A DNA stretch of 64,000 nt, taken from IMG/VR virus record IMGVR_UViG_3300038461_000101, positions 1-64,000 of that record; one strand, 5' to 3'. A model generated the notes under the pieces. The model was given only the letters and a program-made list of their open reading frames with translations, had not been told where the DNA came from and did not search any database. Position 1 is the stretch's first letter. Every line of letters starts with the position of its first letter. The stretch is from a virus. This document shows, one piece after another, positions 9,010-18,299 of this stretch. The translations under genes were made by a program, and so were the position numbers.

Positions 9010-9510
9010 ATGATGGAAGAGATCTCTGCGATTATCAATAATCATGGAGAGAGCTTCCAGAACGATGAAGGAATTGATGAAGATGTTTGCAATGAAACTG
9101 CAGATGAAGTATTGGAGTTCATGGTTGAAGAAATGACCAAGATGCAAACCACTCCAGTCGATGAAGCTGCGATCATCGAACTCAACATAGAAGAGATTGC
9201 TGACCGGTTTGGTTGTGATGAAGATGAACTTCCAGAAGCATTTGTGACCCTGTTACGCAAGAAGATCACCGATGCTTTCAAGGCTGATTATGACGATGAG
9301 ATCAAACATGCCTTTGCAGAATGGCCGGTTGGAGAACTTGCCAACTTGTTTGGTAATATGACCACAAACAGATTTTGGGATTGTAATTGCGAGAAGGACT
9401 ATATCCACCCTGCTGAAGAGACAACTCTTCAATGCTTTGTTTGTGGTGCCTTGCGAGTAAATCAGCCCGACTCCATGATGCGTGAAGTTATCCGGGCGGA
9501 GTTACTCTAA
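9010..9510 (+). CDS. Acidic hypothetical protein with C-terminal Cys motif (true start may be 8976 via a one-base indel)
   Basis: FWDCNC...CFVC. The strong SD lies before the out-of-frame ATG at 8976. Confidence 0.65.
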   Translation: MMEEISAIINNHGESFQNDEGIDEDVCNETADEVLEFMVEEMTKMQTTPVDEAAIIELNIEEIADRFGCDEDELPEAFVTLLRKKITDAFKADYDDEIKHAFAEWPVGELANLFGNMTTNRFWDCNCEKDYIHPAEETTLQCFVCGALRVNQPDSMMREVIRAELL

Positions 9511-9869
9511 TGCCAGTCTTCATGTTTCGTACTACCAGTGCTTTCAAATGGGCTACTTATGAACCTGATCTTGGGCTCCTGGTATGCTCAACTTGCAAGA
9601 ATACCTATGATCCAGTCAAGTTTCAGACACACCATAAGTGCCCCCATTGCTTGAGGATACGTGATTGGCAAAGACTTCCTTGGGAAGTTCGTGCCAAGAG
9701 GTATATCAAGACAGCTAGTTTCTGTCCCTATTGCAGATCCATGAATATTGAAGGAGTACCACACTTTGAAAGTGATTGTGATTGGGCTGAACGTGAAGTT
9801 AAATGCCCTGATTGCGGTCGCTCCTGGAAAGAAGAGTTCAGAATGGTAAGTATAGAGGAGATTCCATGA
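9510..9869 (+). CDS. Double zinc-ribbon protein
   Basis: Four CxxC pairs (CSTC, CPHC, CPYC, CPDC). Confidence 0.7.
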   Translation: MPVFMFRTTSAFKWATYEPDLGLLVCSTCKNTYDPVKFQTHHKCPHCLRIRDWQRLPWEVRAKRYIKTASFCPYCRSMNIEGVPHFESDCDWAEREVKCPDCGRSWKEEFRMVSIEEIP

Positions 9870-10138
9870 ACCCAACAGCTGTAAGGCTTGGAAAGAAAGT
9901 GGTAGATGGCCTGGTGAATGCTGTCCAGGCCCAAATTGATAGTGGTGATGTTCACGAAAACCAAGACTTTGAAATGTACCCAAAACTTGATAAGTGGCTA
10001 CAGGCCATGGAGAAGTCAATGGCTGCTTCTGAAGTATATCAAGTCAAGGATTACTTCAATGATCAAATGAAGCATTTGGATTACAGTCGTAAGGGAATTG
10101 CAGTGCATAACCAAGGACGCAAAAATGGCGATCTATAA
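9866..10138 (+). CDS. Hypothetical protein
   Basis: GAGGAG SD, ATGA overlap. Confidence 0.65.
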   Translation: MNPTAVRLGKKVVDGLVNAVQAQIDSGDVHENQDFEMYPKLDKWLQAMEKSMAASEVYQVKDYFNDQMKHLDYSRKGIAVHNQGRKNGDL

Positions 10139-10355
10139 GTTACAACTTCCGCTTACCAGCAATGTGCCTGATCCCAAGGCCCTGGCTTATAAGCGAGATC
10201 GCAAATTCATGGTTGAAGTGCCAGTCGATCAGGCCCTGAAGGACTTCTTTGTGAAGTATGGTGGTAAATATTGTGTGAAGCTCTTTGTCTACGCCGAAAT
10301 TGGTGAAGATCATCTGCTTCACATTGAAAAAGTAGCTCCAGAACAAGGTTGGTAA
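10125..10355 (+). CDS. Hypothetical protein
   Basis: AAGGA SD before ATG 10125. Confidence 0.65.
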   Translation: MAIYKLQLPLTSNVPDPKALAYKRDRKFMVEVPVDQALKDFFVKYGGKYCVKLFVYAEIGEDHLLHIEKVAPEQGW

Positions 10356-10385
10356 TATAGCTATTACTTTCAGCGAACAAGACCG

Positions 10386-10643
10386 ATGAAGATGCAATGC
10401 CCTGTTTGTGGTTTTGAGAAAGAGACCGATCGTGCCATGATGGATAACATAATGCTGGAAGAGCATTTTGAGTGCCCTGAGAAACATTATGAATACCATT
10501 TTGTAACCGGCTATACCCAGGAACTGATTGGAAAAGAAGAGTTCATCTTTTCTTACACCACTCCCTATACCAAATGGGAGAATGTTTCAAGATGGATTGC
10601 CATCTATTTAGAAAGGAGAAAACTTCGTGGTAGACACAAGTAA
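10386..10643 (+). CDS. Hypothetical protein (CPVC zinc motif)
   Basis: Operon packing. Confidence 0.6.
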   Translation: MKMQCPVCGFEKETDRAMMDNIMLEEHFECPEKHYEYHFVTGYTQELIGKEEFIFSYTTPYTKWENVSRWIAIYLERRKLRGRHK

Positions 10644-10935
10644 TATGATCACCGGCCAGTTGATCTTCCGTGAAGCTGGCAAAGATGCGGGTATGTTTGG
10701 TCGAAAAAAGATGATGGTAGTCGGAATAGTAGATGTACCTGAAAGTTTCGATATTGAAGGTGAGTGCCAATATACGGTTTGGGCCATCCAGCCAAGGCCA
10801 GAACTTCAGTCACCTTTGACCAGGCCGCATATCGAATTGCACATTGAGACTGCTGCAGGTGTAATCAACCTTACCGAAGAGATTCACGGTGAAGGTCTTG
10901 GTGATACCCTTATGATGCCCATTTGGAGGACATAA
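10627..10935 (+). CDS. Hypothetical protein
   Basis: AAGGAG SD, GTG start. Confidence 0.6.
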   Translation: MVDTSNMITGQLIFREAGKDAGMFGRKKMMVVGIVDVPESFDIEGECQYTVWAIQPRPELQSPLTRPHIELHIETAAGVINLTEEIHGEGLGDTLMMPIWRT

Positions 10936-11225
10936 TGCCTATTCGGATCCAGAGAAGACGTACCAAAGGCTGGAAGATGCCCAAGGGAGCCAAAGTTGTT
11001 GATCGAACCAGTTTCTATGGGAACCAGTTTGTTGTTGGCAAAGATGGTACTGCCAAAGAGTGCGTTGAAAAATATGAACGTTATATCAAAGAATGGCGCG
11101 AAAAGGTGGGGGAAAGAATATATCACGAGTGGATTGATAAGTTGCGTGGTAAGGATCTGGTTTGTTGGTGTCCTCTTGACCAGTCCTGCCATGCTGATGT
11201 TCTTCTAAGGATGGCAAACGAATGA
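10935..11225 (+). CDS. DUF4326-family protein
   Basis: PIRIQRRRTKGWKMP...V.R.S.YGN.F...LRGKDLVCWCPLDQSCHADVL is the typical family pattern. Confidence 0.85.
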   Translation: MPIRIQRRRTKGWKMPKGAKVVDRTSFYGNQFVVGKDGTAKECVEKYERYIKEWREKVGERIYHEWIDKLRGKDLVCWCPLDQSCHADVLLRMANE

Positions 11226-11410
11226 ATACTGCAATTCAAACTCAGCATGTTGGTTACTTGATAATTATTTGGTTCTTGACCGGTACCTTTTTTGGGTATT
11301 CTCAAGCAAAATATACCCGGAAGAGAAAATCTGGAACTATCATATTTGCTCTATTGGTGGCATGTGCAATTGCTATAACTTTTTGGCTTTTTCAGCATCC
11401 AGGAGGATAA
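11222..11410 (+). CDS. Small two-TM membrane protein
   Basis: Two hydrophobic stretches separated by a basic loop. Confidence 0.6.
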   Translation: MNTAIQTQHVGYLIIIWFLTGTFFGYSQAKYTRKRKSGTIIFALLVACAIAITFWLFQHPGG

Positions 11411-11411
11411 C

Positions 11412-12008
11412 GTGAAAAGACTTATGTTGACTGCAGTAATTCGAGATGTGGCACCTGTATTTCACCTGCAGGAGCCATGCTCGTATCGAAGTGTACACAT
11501 CTCCTTGACCAACGATCAACTTGAAAGTCTCACACTGAGAAAGTTGAGAGATCAGGGAACTGTGACTATTGAAGAAGAAATAAGCCAGTGTTTTCTTGAA
11601 GAAGATAATCGACAGATAGAGACTCCAAAATCCCCCCGGGGTTTAGAGGCACTTTCTTTACCCCAGGTAAAAACGAAAATGGTTTTCGCAAAATGGTACG
11701 TGCTTGGTCTTACTTATGCGGAAATTCTCAGAAGCATTGAAGATCTTCACATTGAATGTGGTGCCGGGGATGATCAGTATGAAGCATATTTTCCAGATGA
11801 CATTGGCTGCATTGTAACCATCAAGAAATTGAGTGCCAGTGCTGATGAGCTGATGCGATGGGAAATCTCTATGACTTGCCCATCCAATGGTCTGGAAGAC
11901 AATGTGGGCTATTGGCTTAGCCCAATCAACTTGGAATGTCAGACCTATGATGAAAACTTTGCCGAGAAAAAGAGTGGCGATGTGGCATTGTTTGGAATTG
12001 AGCCATGA
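11412..12008 (+). CDS. Hypothetical protein
   Basis: AGGAGG SD, GTG start. Confidence 0.65.
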   Translation: MKRLMLTAVIRDVAPVFHLQEPCSYRSVHISLTNDQLESLTLRKLRDQGTVTIEEEISQCFLEEDNRQIETPKSPRGLEALSLPQVKTKMVFAKWYVLGLTYAEILRSIEDLHIECGAGDDQYEAYFPDDIGCIVTIKKLSASADELMRWEISMTCPSNGLEDNVGYWLSPINLECQTYDENFAEKKSGDVALFGIEP

Positions 12009-12463
12009 TCTTCAATAAGATAGCCCAGGTGCCAGATGAGTTCTGTGAAGGTTGCAAACAAAAATGGCACAATAATTGCGCTGCATTCATGGCAGCTCAC
12101 AGCGATGAAGAATATGCTCAGAGAATTACGGGGGATCCTCTATGTATGAGTGCCAAGGCAACTGGAAAATACGATAATATCTTACTCTCTTTGAATGGTC
12201 GTATTTCAGGCCATTTACGATCGCACGTTGCCTATCTGGTTGAGTTCAGCAAGCCGGTCTATCTTCGGTGTTTCAAGGGACCGGCTATAGCAAGAGACAA
12301 AGCAAAGTTGGCTTTCTTCCAAGATGCCTTTGCCTTTACCTATTACAAGACACCCAACCGATCGCATGGCTATAACTTTGATGGCCTTTGGAATCTGGTT
12401 CAGAAGATCACAGATCCTGAAGGAGTGGTTATCTTTGATAAGAAGGAGTGGATCAAGAAATGA
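12005..12463 (+). CDS. Hypothetical protein
   Basis: ATGA overlap. Confidence 0.65.
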   Translation: MIFNKIAQVPDEFCEGCKQKWHNNCAAFMAAHSDEEYAQRITGDPLCMSAKATGKYDNILLSLNGRISGHLRSHVAYLVEFSKPVYLRCFKGPAIARDKAKLAFFQDAFAFTYYKTPNRSHGYNFDGLWNLVQKITDPEGVVIFDKKEWIKK

Positions 12464-13392
12464 CGATAACAATCAAAGACTGCCAGGAAGATGGGATCTA
12501 CATCAATCTGGATCTCACCAAGAAGTGCAACTTTGAATGTGCTCATTGTGGTATGAGTGCTGGTCCTACTGTGCGCTCAGGCTACATGACCCATGAGGTG
12601 CTGCAGGAGGTGCGTAGGATGGTGGGCTGGTGCAATGAGCGAGAGATCAGGGTAACTCTCAACCTGATTGGTGGTGAACCTACTTTGAATTTGACTGAGT
12701 TCGCCCGGGTGCTGCGTGAACTAGACGACTTGGATGTTACTTTTGAAATGACCACCAATGGCTGGTGGATAGCCAGGAAGCACACTTTACTGCGCTTCAT
12801 GGATATTATCAGACCATATATCAAAGGTGATTGCTTTGATAATGGATTTTCAGTACGGATCTCTGACGATCAATATCATCGGTGGGAACGTCAGAAGCGT
12901 GGTGAGACTTACATGGAGAAAAGTCTGCTCGCGAATATTCATGACCTTTGGGATAACTTCTATGAGTACATCGAAGAAAATGATTACTATCGTCTTCCAG
13001 AACGCCCCCATGATGAATGTGGTTGGATCTATGTTGAAAAAGATTTTGATAAGCCTGTTGTTCCAATTGGAAGAGGAGCCGATTGCAATAGTCGGGCCGA
13101 TAAGTGCGATCACAATCACCACTTCAAGCTCACCTTTGAACCTCATGGTGAATTGACTGACATCTGCTGCAAGTTTTCAGTCTGTCGATTCGGCACAGTC
13201 AGTGATAACCCCCTGTATCTTTTGAACCTGGCTGACAAGTTTCTTAGGGAACGAAGTCCTGATTGTTGGAACTGCCTGGAGGCAGCTGAGGAGTGGAAGA
13301 AGGATCGTCTTGAGCAGGCTTGGCTGGAGGTGCAGACTGAGGTTCAGCTTGAACTTGACCAGCCTGATCCGCAGGAAGATCCAGATCTATAA
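12460..13392 (+). CDS. Radical SAM protein with C-terminal Cys-rich (SPASM/Twitch-like) region
   Basis: CNFECAHC, IGGEP and TTNG motifs, plus further C-terminal cysteines. Confidence 0.9.
   Translation: MTITIKDCQEDGIYINLDLTKKCNFECAHCGMSAGPTVRSGYMTHEVLQEVRRMVGWCNEREIRVTLNLIGGEPTLNLTEFARVLRELDDLDVTFEMTTNGWWIARKHTLLRFMDIIRPYIKGDCFDNGFSVRISDDQYHRWERQKRGETYMEKSLLANIHDLWDNFYEYIEENDYYRLPERPHDECGWIYVEKDFDKPVVPIGRGADCNSRADKCDHNHHFKLTFEPHGELTDICCKFSVCRFGTVSDNPLYLLNLADKFLRERSPDCWNCLEAAEEWKKDRLEQAWLEVQTEVQLELDQPDPQEDPDL
13061..13072. repeat. TTCCAATTGGAA palindrome copy 2
   Basis: Exact match inside the radical SAM gene. Confidence 0.85.
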
Positions 13393-13870
13393 CATCATCG
13401 CCAGCTTGTCTATTGCTTGGGTCAAACTCGACCACGGTCTTTGTCTGAGTAACTCTTGCCCGACCAGGACGCAGAGCCATGCCGGTGAGATATTCACGAG
13501 CCTCATTATGAATTTCAGTCGTGCCTACTCCCATGGTATTGCCAAGCGTAGTCTGCATTTGATGAAGACGTTCTTCCACTGCCAGTTTCATTGCGGTTGG
13601 AAGTTTGGGATCTTCAGCATCACGAAGTAGATTGGAGATCAAACGTTGCCTTGCTACTGCTACTGCATTGAATTGCCCTTCGATGATCTGGCGTTGGCTT
13701 TCAATTAGCTCTTTAGCTACGCCTTCATTCTCCTGTAGCATACGTCTGAATGTGCTGGTTGAGTATCCTGATCCCTGTGCTGCTTCTTCAAGAGTTTGCC
13801 CACTCATTACCTTTTGAAGAATTGCCAACATACCTAGCTTCTTGGCATCTGCCAAAACATTGCTCGTCAT
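13244..13870 (-). CDS. HTH-containing helical protein (terminase small subunit-like architecture)
   Basis: GGAGGTGA SD. GQTLEEAAQGSGYSTSTFRRML HTH followed by a coiled coil. It is the only well-supported - strand gene in the + arm. Confidence 0.6.
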   Translation of the reverse strand: MTSNVLADAKKLGMLAILQKVMSGQTLEEAAQGSGYSTSTFRRMLQENEGVAKELIESQRQIIEGQFNAVAVARQRLISNLLRDAEDPKLPTAMKLAVEERLHQMQTTLGNTMGVGTTEIHNEAREYLTGMALRPGRARVTQTKTVVEFDPSNRQAGDDVIDLDLPADQAGQVQAEPQSAPPAKPAQDDPSSTPQLPPGSSNNQDFVP

Positions 13871-13897
13871 AATTCACCTCCAGAAAGGAGACCCCCG

Positions 13898-14071
13898 ATG
13901 AGAAGAAAGAAAAGAGTTCGTATCGTAGAAATGCCTCGTGAAGATCCTGAGATTGAGAAGTATATCATCAAGAAAGGTATCCCGGTTGAGATACCACAGC
14001 CTCACTTCGTGCCGCTGGAACAACCAGTCCAGGCACCAGTGCAAGTACCCAAGAAATGGAGTGTAACCTAA
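13898..14071 (+). CDS. Small basic, Pro-rich protein (57 aa, below the ORF track cutoff)
   Basis: AAAGGAG SD. MRRKKRVRIVEMPREDPEIEK..., stop coupled to the next ATG. Confidence 0.6.
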   Translation: MRRKKRVRIVEMPREDPEIEKYIIKKGIPVEIPQPHFVPLEQPVQAPVQVPKKWSVT

Positions 14072-14262
14072 TGGATGAAAAAGTAAGGCACTACATTGAG
14101 CTTGGAGTTCGAAGCATTATTGCAGAAGTACGACCTGACTATTGGCCTAAGGTTGTACAAGAAGTTGTCGATGCTTCGATGAAGAATCTTCCAAGTGGTG
14201 TCACTAAGCAAGCATTGATACGCGCTATTGAAATTGCAGTAAAAGATTTGGAGGCTAAATGA
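14071..14262 (+). CDS. Hypothetical protein
   Basis: GGAG SD, TAATG coupling. Confidence 0.65.
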   Translation: MDEKVRHYIELGVRSIIAEVRPDYWPKVVQEVVDASMKNLPSGVTKQALIRAIEIAVKDLEAK

Positions 14263-14828
14263 ACATTCTCTTCTTGAAAACTCTTGCAATGAATCCTAAT
14301 ACCCTGACCTATCACTCTCCTCAGCAGAAAGATTTCACCTGGGAAGGCGGGATCATGGTAGCCAAATGCGAAAAGTGTGCCCCACTTGGCACGATTGGTA
14401 TTGATTGCCACTGTGGGATTTATGGAAGCCCAAACCCCGAAGCGTTGACTGAGTATGCAGTTCATGAGACCTCATTCAATGCACTTCTCCAGGCTTACGG
14501 TCGGGTAGATGTGTGGACAGCTCCAGATGATCTCTGGTACTGCTATGTGCTTCGAGTGTGGGCGGCTCGGGTGATTGGGATTGTGGAAACAGATGGGCTG
14601 GACCTGCTGGCTCCTGATGCTCGTGGTCAGGCAGCCATCACTGCAGCTGGATATTTCAACTGTGGAATCTATTCCATTCCAATGGCGAAGGGGATGATTG
14701 ACATCACCTGGAAAGCACATCTGAATATTGAACCGTATGGAGCCAAACTTTCAGATCCTTGGCGTAATCCGATCTGGAACTGGCAGGATCCTTATGGTCT
14801 TTGGAAACCATTCGAAGAGAAGGAGTGA
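14259..14828 (+). CDS. Hypothetical protein (CxCGIY motif)
   Basis: GGAGG SD, CEKC...CHCGIYG. Confidence 0.7.
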   Translation: MNILFLKTLAMNPNTLTYHSPQQKDFTWEGGIMVAKCEKCAPLGTIGIDCHCGIYGSPNPEALTEYAVHETSFNALLQAYGRVDVWTAPDDLWYCYVLRVWAARVIGIVETDGLDLLAPDARGQAAITAAGYFNCGIYSIPMAKGMIDITWKAHLNIEPYGAKLSDPWRNPIWNWQDPYGLWKPFEEKE

Positions 14829-14829
14829 G

Positions 14830-15264
14830 ATGAAACCAATCAATTGGAAAGGAAGAACTATCTGGCACATGCCAACTTGGGTGTCAGATCTGTTTCAAGA
14901 AACCCTGCAGATGGATGCTCGGTCGTCCATGTTTGACATGACTCTTCGGCGTAGGATCCAACGGGGTTTGAACATTACTCATACCATGGCACCTGAAGAG
15001 TTTCTTCAGGCGGCTATGAATAGGCTCCGGTATTTCCTTGTGACAAATGCCGATGGCTATGCTTGCTATTACTTTGACACTGAAGAAGAACGTCGGCTTT
15101 GGTTGAAGAAGGCTATTGAAGACAACATCATCGAACTTGGGGAAGATGATGCTGTCTATCTTGACATGAATTTCATGAACCTGGTTGAAGATAAGATCAC
15201 AATGTATGCACCACCAACCGAAGATGTTCTAACGGAGGATCCAGATGAGCTTTCAGATTCATAA
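14830..15264 (+). CDS. Hypothetical protein
   Basis: AGGAG SD before ATG 14830. Confidence 0.65.
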   Translation: MKPINWKGRTIWHMPTWVSDLFQETLQMDARSSMFDMTLRRRIQRGLNITHTMAPEEFLQAAMNRLRYFLVTNADGYACYYFDTEEERRLWLKKAIEDNIIELGEDDAVYLDMNFMNLVEDKITMYAPPTEDVLTEDPDELSDS

Positions 15265-16033
15265 GCGTGCGTGTGGTTATCCAAAGGCCGGGAAGATCTA
15301 TCTCTATATCCCGGCTGGAGATGAGGGCAAGTTTGCTGGCAAGCCGACCTTTGCATTTGCACTGTGCCCGACTTGGCCGTTGCCTGATGGGTTTGGCTTG
15401 AGTGCTCAGGGGATGCAGCTCAGGCCCCAAATGCGAGATGGTCAACAGGTAATCAATGCGGAAGGCAAGCCAGTGTTCGATATGTGGGATTGGATTGGTG
15501 AAGGCCAGTATCCCAATCCTATGGATTGGTTCATGGAAATTACCAAATTGGGTTTCCATCAGCTGGTCCAGCGAACGTTGGAGTTTGACAAGCTGACACC
15601 AGAGTCCATGTATTATGCAGTGCATCGGCGTGCTCATATCTTCCGGGCACATGAACTGATGGGACAACTTCCAGCAGGGTTGATGCCTTGCCCCAAGCAT
15701 ATCCCACTCCATGACCTGCCCTCGCAGGATTATATCCGGGACGGAAGTGATACTTGCTTCCGTCTTTTGCAAACGGATCTGATGGGGAACAAGGAAGATG
15801 CTGGTACGCACATCACTCGGGGGATGCCATCCTTCAGTTACTTTGGATGGGTCACTCGCATTGAGCAGAAAGAAGATGAGTATCAAGCCGCCGCATACGT
15901 CAGTCTTCCAATTGGAAGATTGGCACAGTTTCTGGTTTACAAAGATCCTGCAGAAAACTCTCATGAGAAAGCCCTGGCAGAGCTGGAGAAATTGGATGCC
16001 AAGCTGCAACGGGTAAAGATCGTGGAGCTATAG
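15245..16033 (+). CDS. Hypothetical protein
   Basis: GGAGG SD, 262 aa, N-terminal RACG..K.G..Y. Confidence 0.75.
   Translation: MSFQIHKRACGYPKAGKIYLYIPAGDEGKFAGKPTFAFALCPTWPLPDGFGLSAQGMQLRPQMRDGQQVINAEGKPVFDMWDWIGEGQYPNPMDWFMEITKLGFHQLVQRTLEFDKLTPESMYYAVHRRAHIFRAHELMGQLPAGLMPCPKHIPLHDLPSQDYIRDGSDTCFRLLQTDLMGNKEDAGTHITRGMPSFSYFGWVTRIEQKEDEYQAAAYVSLPIGRLAQFLVYKDPAENSHEKALAELEKLDAKLQRVKIVEL
15904..15919. repeat. TTCCAATTGGAA palindrome copy 3 (extends to 16 bp, TCTTCCAATTGGAAGA)
   Basis: Exact match. Confidence 0.85.
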
Positions 16034-16042
16034 GAGGATAAC

Positions 16043-16387
16043 ATGCCTGTTCAAACCATCAAGACTCGGGTTGTCGGAGTAACCTTTGAGAACCGACAAG
16101 AAGAAATCAAAAAGATTGAAGTTGGCGAAACCGTTCTCCTTATCCGGGAGCCAAGCAATCGCTTTGATAAGAATGCGATCAAGGTTGTGCGATTGAACCA
16201 TAATGATATTGGATACATCAAGAAAGAGATGGCAATTATCTTGGCTCCCAGGATGGATAATCCCCACAAACAGATTGAAGCCAAGGTAATCAACTGCAGC
16301 CGAGAAGATGCTTTTGCACCTTTCCACGTGATGATCCAATTTGATGTGCCCGAATTATTTGAAGACACCAAGGAGATTCCATGCTAA
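16043..16387 (+). CDS. HIRAN domain protein
   Basis: VVGVTF...LIREPSNRFDKNAIKV...IGYI. Confidence 0.9.
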   Translation: MPVQTIKTRVVGVTFENRQEEIKKIEVGETVLLIREPSNRFDKNAIKVVRLNHNDIGYIKKEMAIILAPRMDNPHKQIEAKVINCSREDAFAPFHVMIQFDVPELFEDTKEIPC

Positions 16388-16956
16388 AGATTACCTACAA
16401 GGACACGGAAGGCAAGCACGTTGCTTATGTGATTGGTTCAAAGCCGGTCAAAGGCGGTGAGACTGACTATCAAGGCCCCCTGCAGGCTTGGGTGCTGAAC
16501 CATCCCTATGTGACCGTGTTGGATGCAGAGAGAACTGAAATAGTTGTTGAAAATTCCCCCGGGGTTGTAGCACAACCTGATATACGTGCGCTACTTGGAA
16601 TTGACATCAAGAAATTATGGGGGCTCTTCGATGGCAAGTCCAGTAGCCTGAATGGTAAGCAAATGGTGATGGGCCTGAAACCCAAGCAGCATCTTGACTT
16701 CCTGGCTGTCGATATGAAGTCTGGAGAATTGTCTATTGACTATGCACTGGATGGGGATACAATTGCTGTTGTCTACCAGGACACAGAGAAGTTCCAGCAG
16801 TGGACTCCCACTGCCGCCCTAATTGCATCATGTCCAGTGCTTCTTGAGACTCTCCGTGAAATTGCTGACGGAAAGCTTCCTTACGACCCTAGAGTGCTTG
16901 CTAATGCAGCACTCGCCTACATGGAAAGGATAATAGAAGATGGCAAAGCTGACTGA
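16381..16956 (+). CDS. Hypothetical protein
   Basis: AAGGAG SD. Confidence 0.7.
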   Translation: MLKITYKDTEGKHVAYVIGSKPVKGGETDYQGPLQAWVLNHPYVTVLDAERTEIVVENSPGVVAQPDIRALLGIDIKKLWGLFDGKSSSLNGKQMVMGLKPKQHLDFLAVDMKSGELSIDYALDGDTIAVVYQDTEKFQQWTPTAALIASCPVLLETLREIADGKLPYDPRVLANAALAYMERIIEDGKAD

Positions 16957-17755
16957 TCTCGTGATGGATGTGATGCACTGCTATGATGACCGATTGCCTA
17001 AGAATGAAGACCTCATGCGCGTCCCGCCTGAGGCTTCTTTCATTTCGGACATCATTGAACATGGGCAACTTCAACCGATCTTGATGTGCCATAATGATAC
17101 CGATGGTTGGTTCATCGGGTTTGGTCGTCGCCGGTTGATGGCAATCCGGGCAGCCTATGAGATGGTGGATGATGCTGGTCAGCACCTGCACGATGGTATG
17201 GTCCTCGTGCGTATTGGTGAGGGCCTGACAAAGAATGATGCAGCTATATTCTCCTTGACCGAGAATGCCCAACGGGAAGCCAATCCGATCTCCGACTATC
17301 TGGCAATCCGGCAACTGCTTTTCAGCAAGGAAGTCACCAGCTATGAGCAAATTGCACAGATGTTGCACATGACCAAGGCGTATGTGAAGACTGCTGATGA
17401 GAAGTTTGCACGTGTGCCAACATGGGCTCTTGAAGGGGTATTGAATGGCACGATCGCATTGAGCACTGCCATTGGGATTGGTAAGTTCCAGGCTCCCCGG
17501 CAGAAAGAAGTGAAGAAGATCTTCAAGGACAAGGGGAAGATTACCGGTGGGGATCTGGTTGATATTCGTCGGGCAATGCAAGCAGATTCCACTGCTCAAG
17601 TTACCAGTCTTCCAGGGACTGCTGCTCAAGCTCCAGATGGATTGCGCCAATATTTCAATCGGGATGAGCTGCTTGAAATCAAGGGCTTATTGGAAAATGG
17701 AGCCTATGTACCGGCAAAGAAGATCCTTGCTGCTTTGCTTGCTCAGAAAGAATAG
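16940..17755 (+). CDS. ParB/Spo0J-like protein
   Basis: IIEHGQLQPIL...GFGRRRLMA (GxRRxxA), LTENAQRE, and HTH SYEQIAQMLHMTKAYV. Confidence 0.85.
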   Translation: MAKLTDLVMDVMHCYDDRLPKNEDLMRVPPEASFISDIIEHGQLQPILMCHNDTDGWFIGFGRRRLMAIRAAYEMVDDAGQHLHDGMVLVRIGEGLTKNDAAIFSLTENAQREANPISDYLAIRQLLFSKEVTSYEQIAQMLHMTKAYVKTADEKFARVPTWALEGVLNGTIALSTAIGIGKFQAPRQKEVKKIFKDKGKITGGDLVDIRRAMQADSTAQVTSLPGTAAQAPDGLRQYFNRDELLEIKGLLENGAYVPAKKILAALLAQKE

Positions 17756-17757
17756 TC

Positions 17758-18108
17758 ATGGCTCACGCAGCTGTACCTTGGAAATGGGTGGCCTGGGGAC
17801 AGGCCATCTCAATCAATAGTCAGGAACTCTTGGGGCTTGCCTTTGTAAATCCCAAAGGCAATTGGGACGCTGGTATCCCGGCTTTGGGGGATGTTGAGAA
17901 TGCCAAGTTCATTGTTGATGCTGTCAATAACTTTGAAGAAATGCTTTGGATGCTGGAACGAGCTGAGATCTGGCTTGGGAAAATGATTGCCGATGAGGGG
18001 CACTTGAAATCTGTAGCACCCAAGCATTGCACTGATACATTGGAAGTGATCGAGGGGATATTGAATAGGTTGGATCCCAAGCGTGAAGTTCGTAAAGCGA
18101 GGGACTGA
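17758..18108 (+). CDS. Hypothetical phage protein
   Basis: PW...ENAKFIVDAVN motif common in phage proteins. Confidence 0.7.
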   Translation: MAHAAVPWKWVAWGQAISINSQELLGLAFVNPKGNWDAGIPALGDVENAKFIVDAVNNFEEMLWMLERAEIWLGKMIADEGHLKSVAPKHCTDTLEVIEGILNRLDPKREVRKARD

Positions 18109-18299
18109 TGCCTAACGTCAAAGTAATTCGTTCTCTTAGACGATCGTATGGATATTCGCTCCAATGGGTGGGGCCAAACCCACCCACTTGGATCATGGGT
18201 CCTAATCATACCTGGGCTTGGTACCGCTACAAGCGAGATGCGTTAGCAAAAGCGGCCATATACAATGGAGGCACTGATGGCAACCAAGAAGCACAATAA
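18108..18299 (+). CDS. Hypothetical protein
   Basis: TGATG coupling. Confidence 0.55.
   Translation: MPNVKVIRSLRRSYGYSLQWVGPNPPTWIMGPNHTWAWYRYKRDALAKAAIYNGGTDGNQEAQ

Noticed and set aside
15197-17650. Long - strand ORFs (270 aa and 249 aa) in the + arm
   Set aside because: They are antisense shadows of + strand genes that have SDs or recognisable domains (e.g. ParB).
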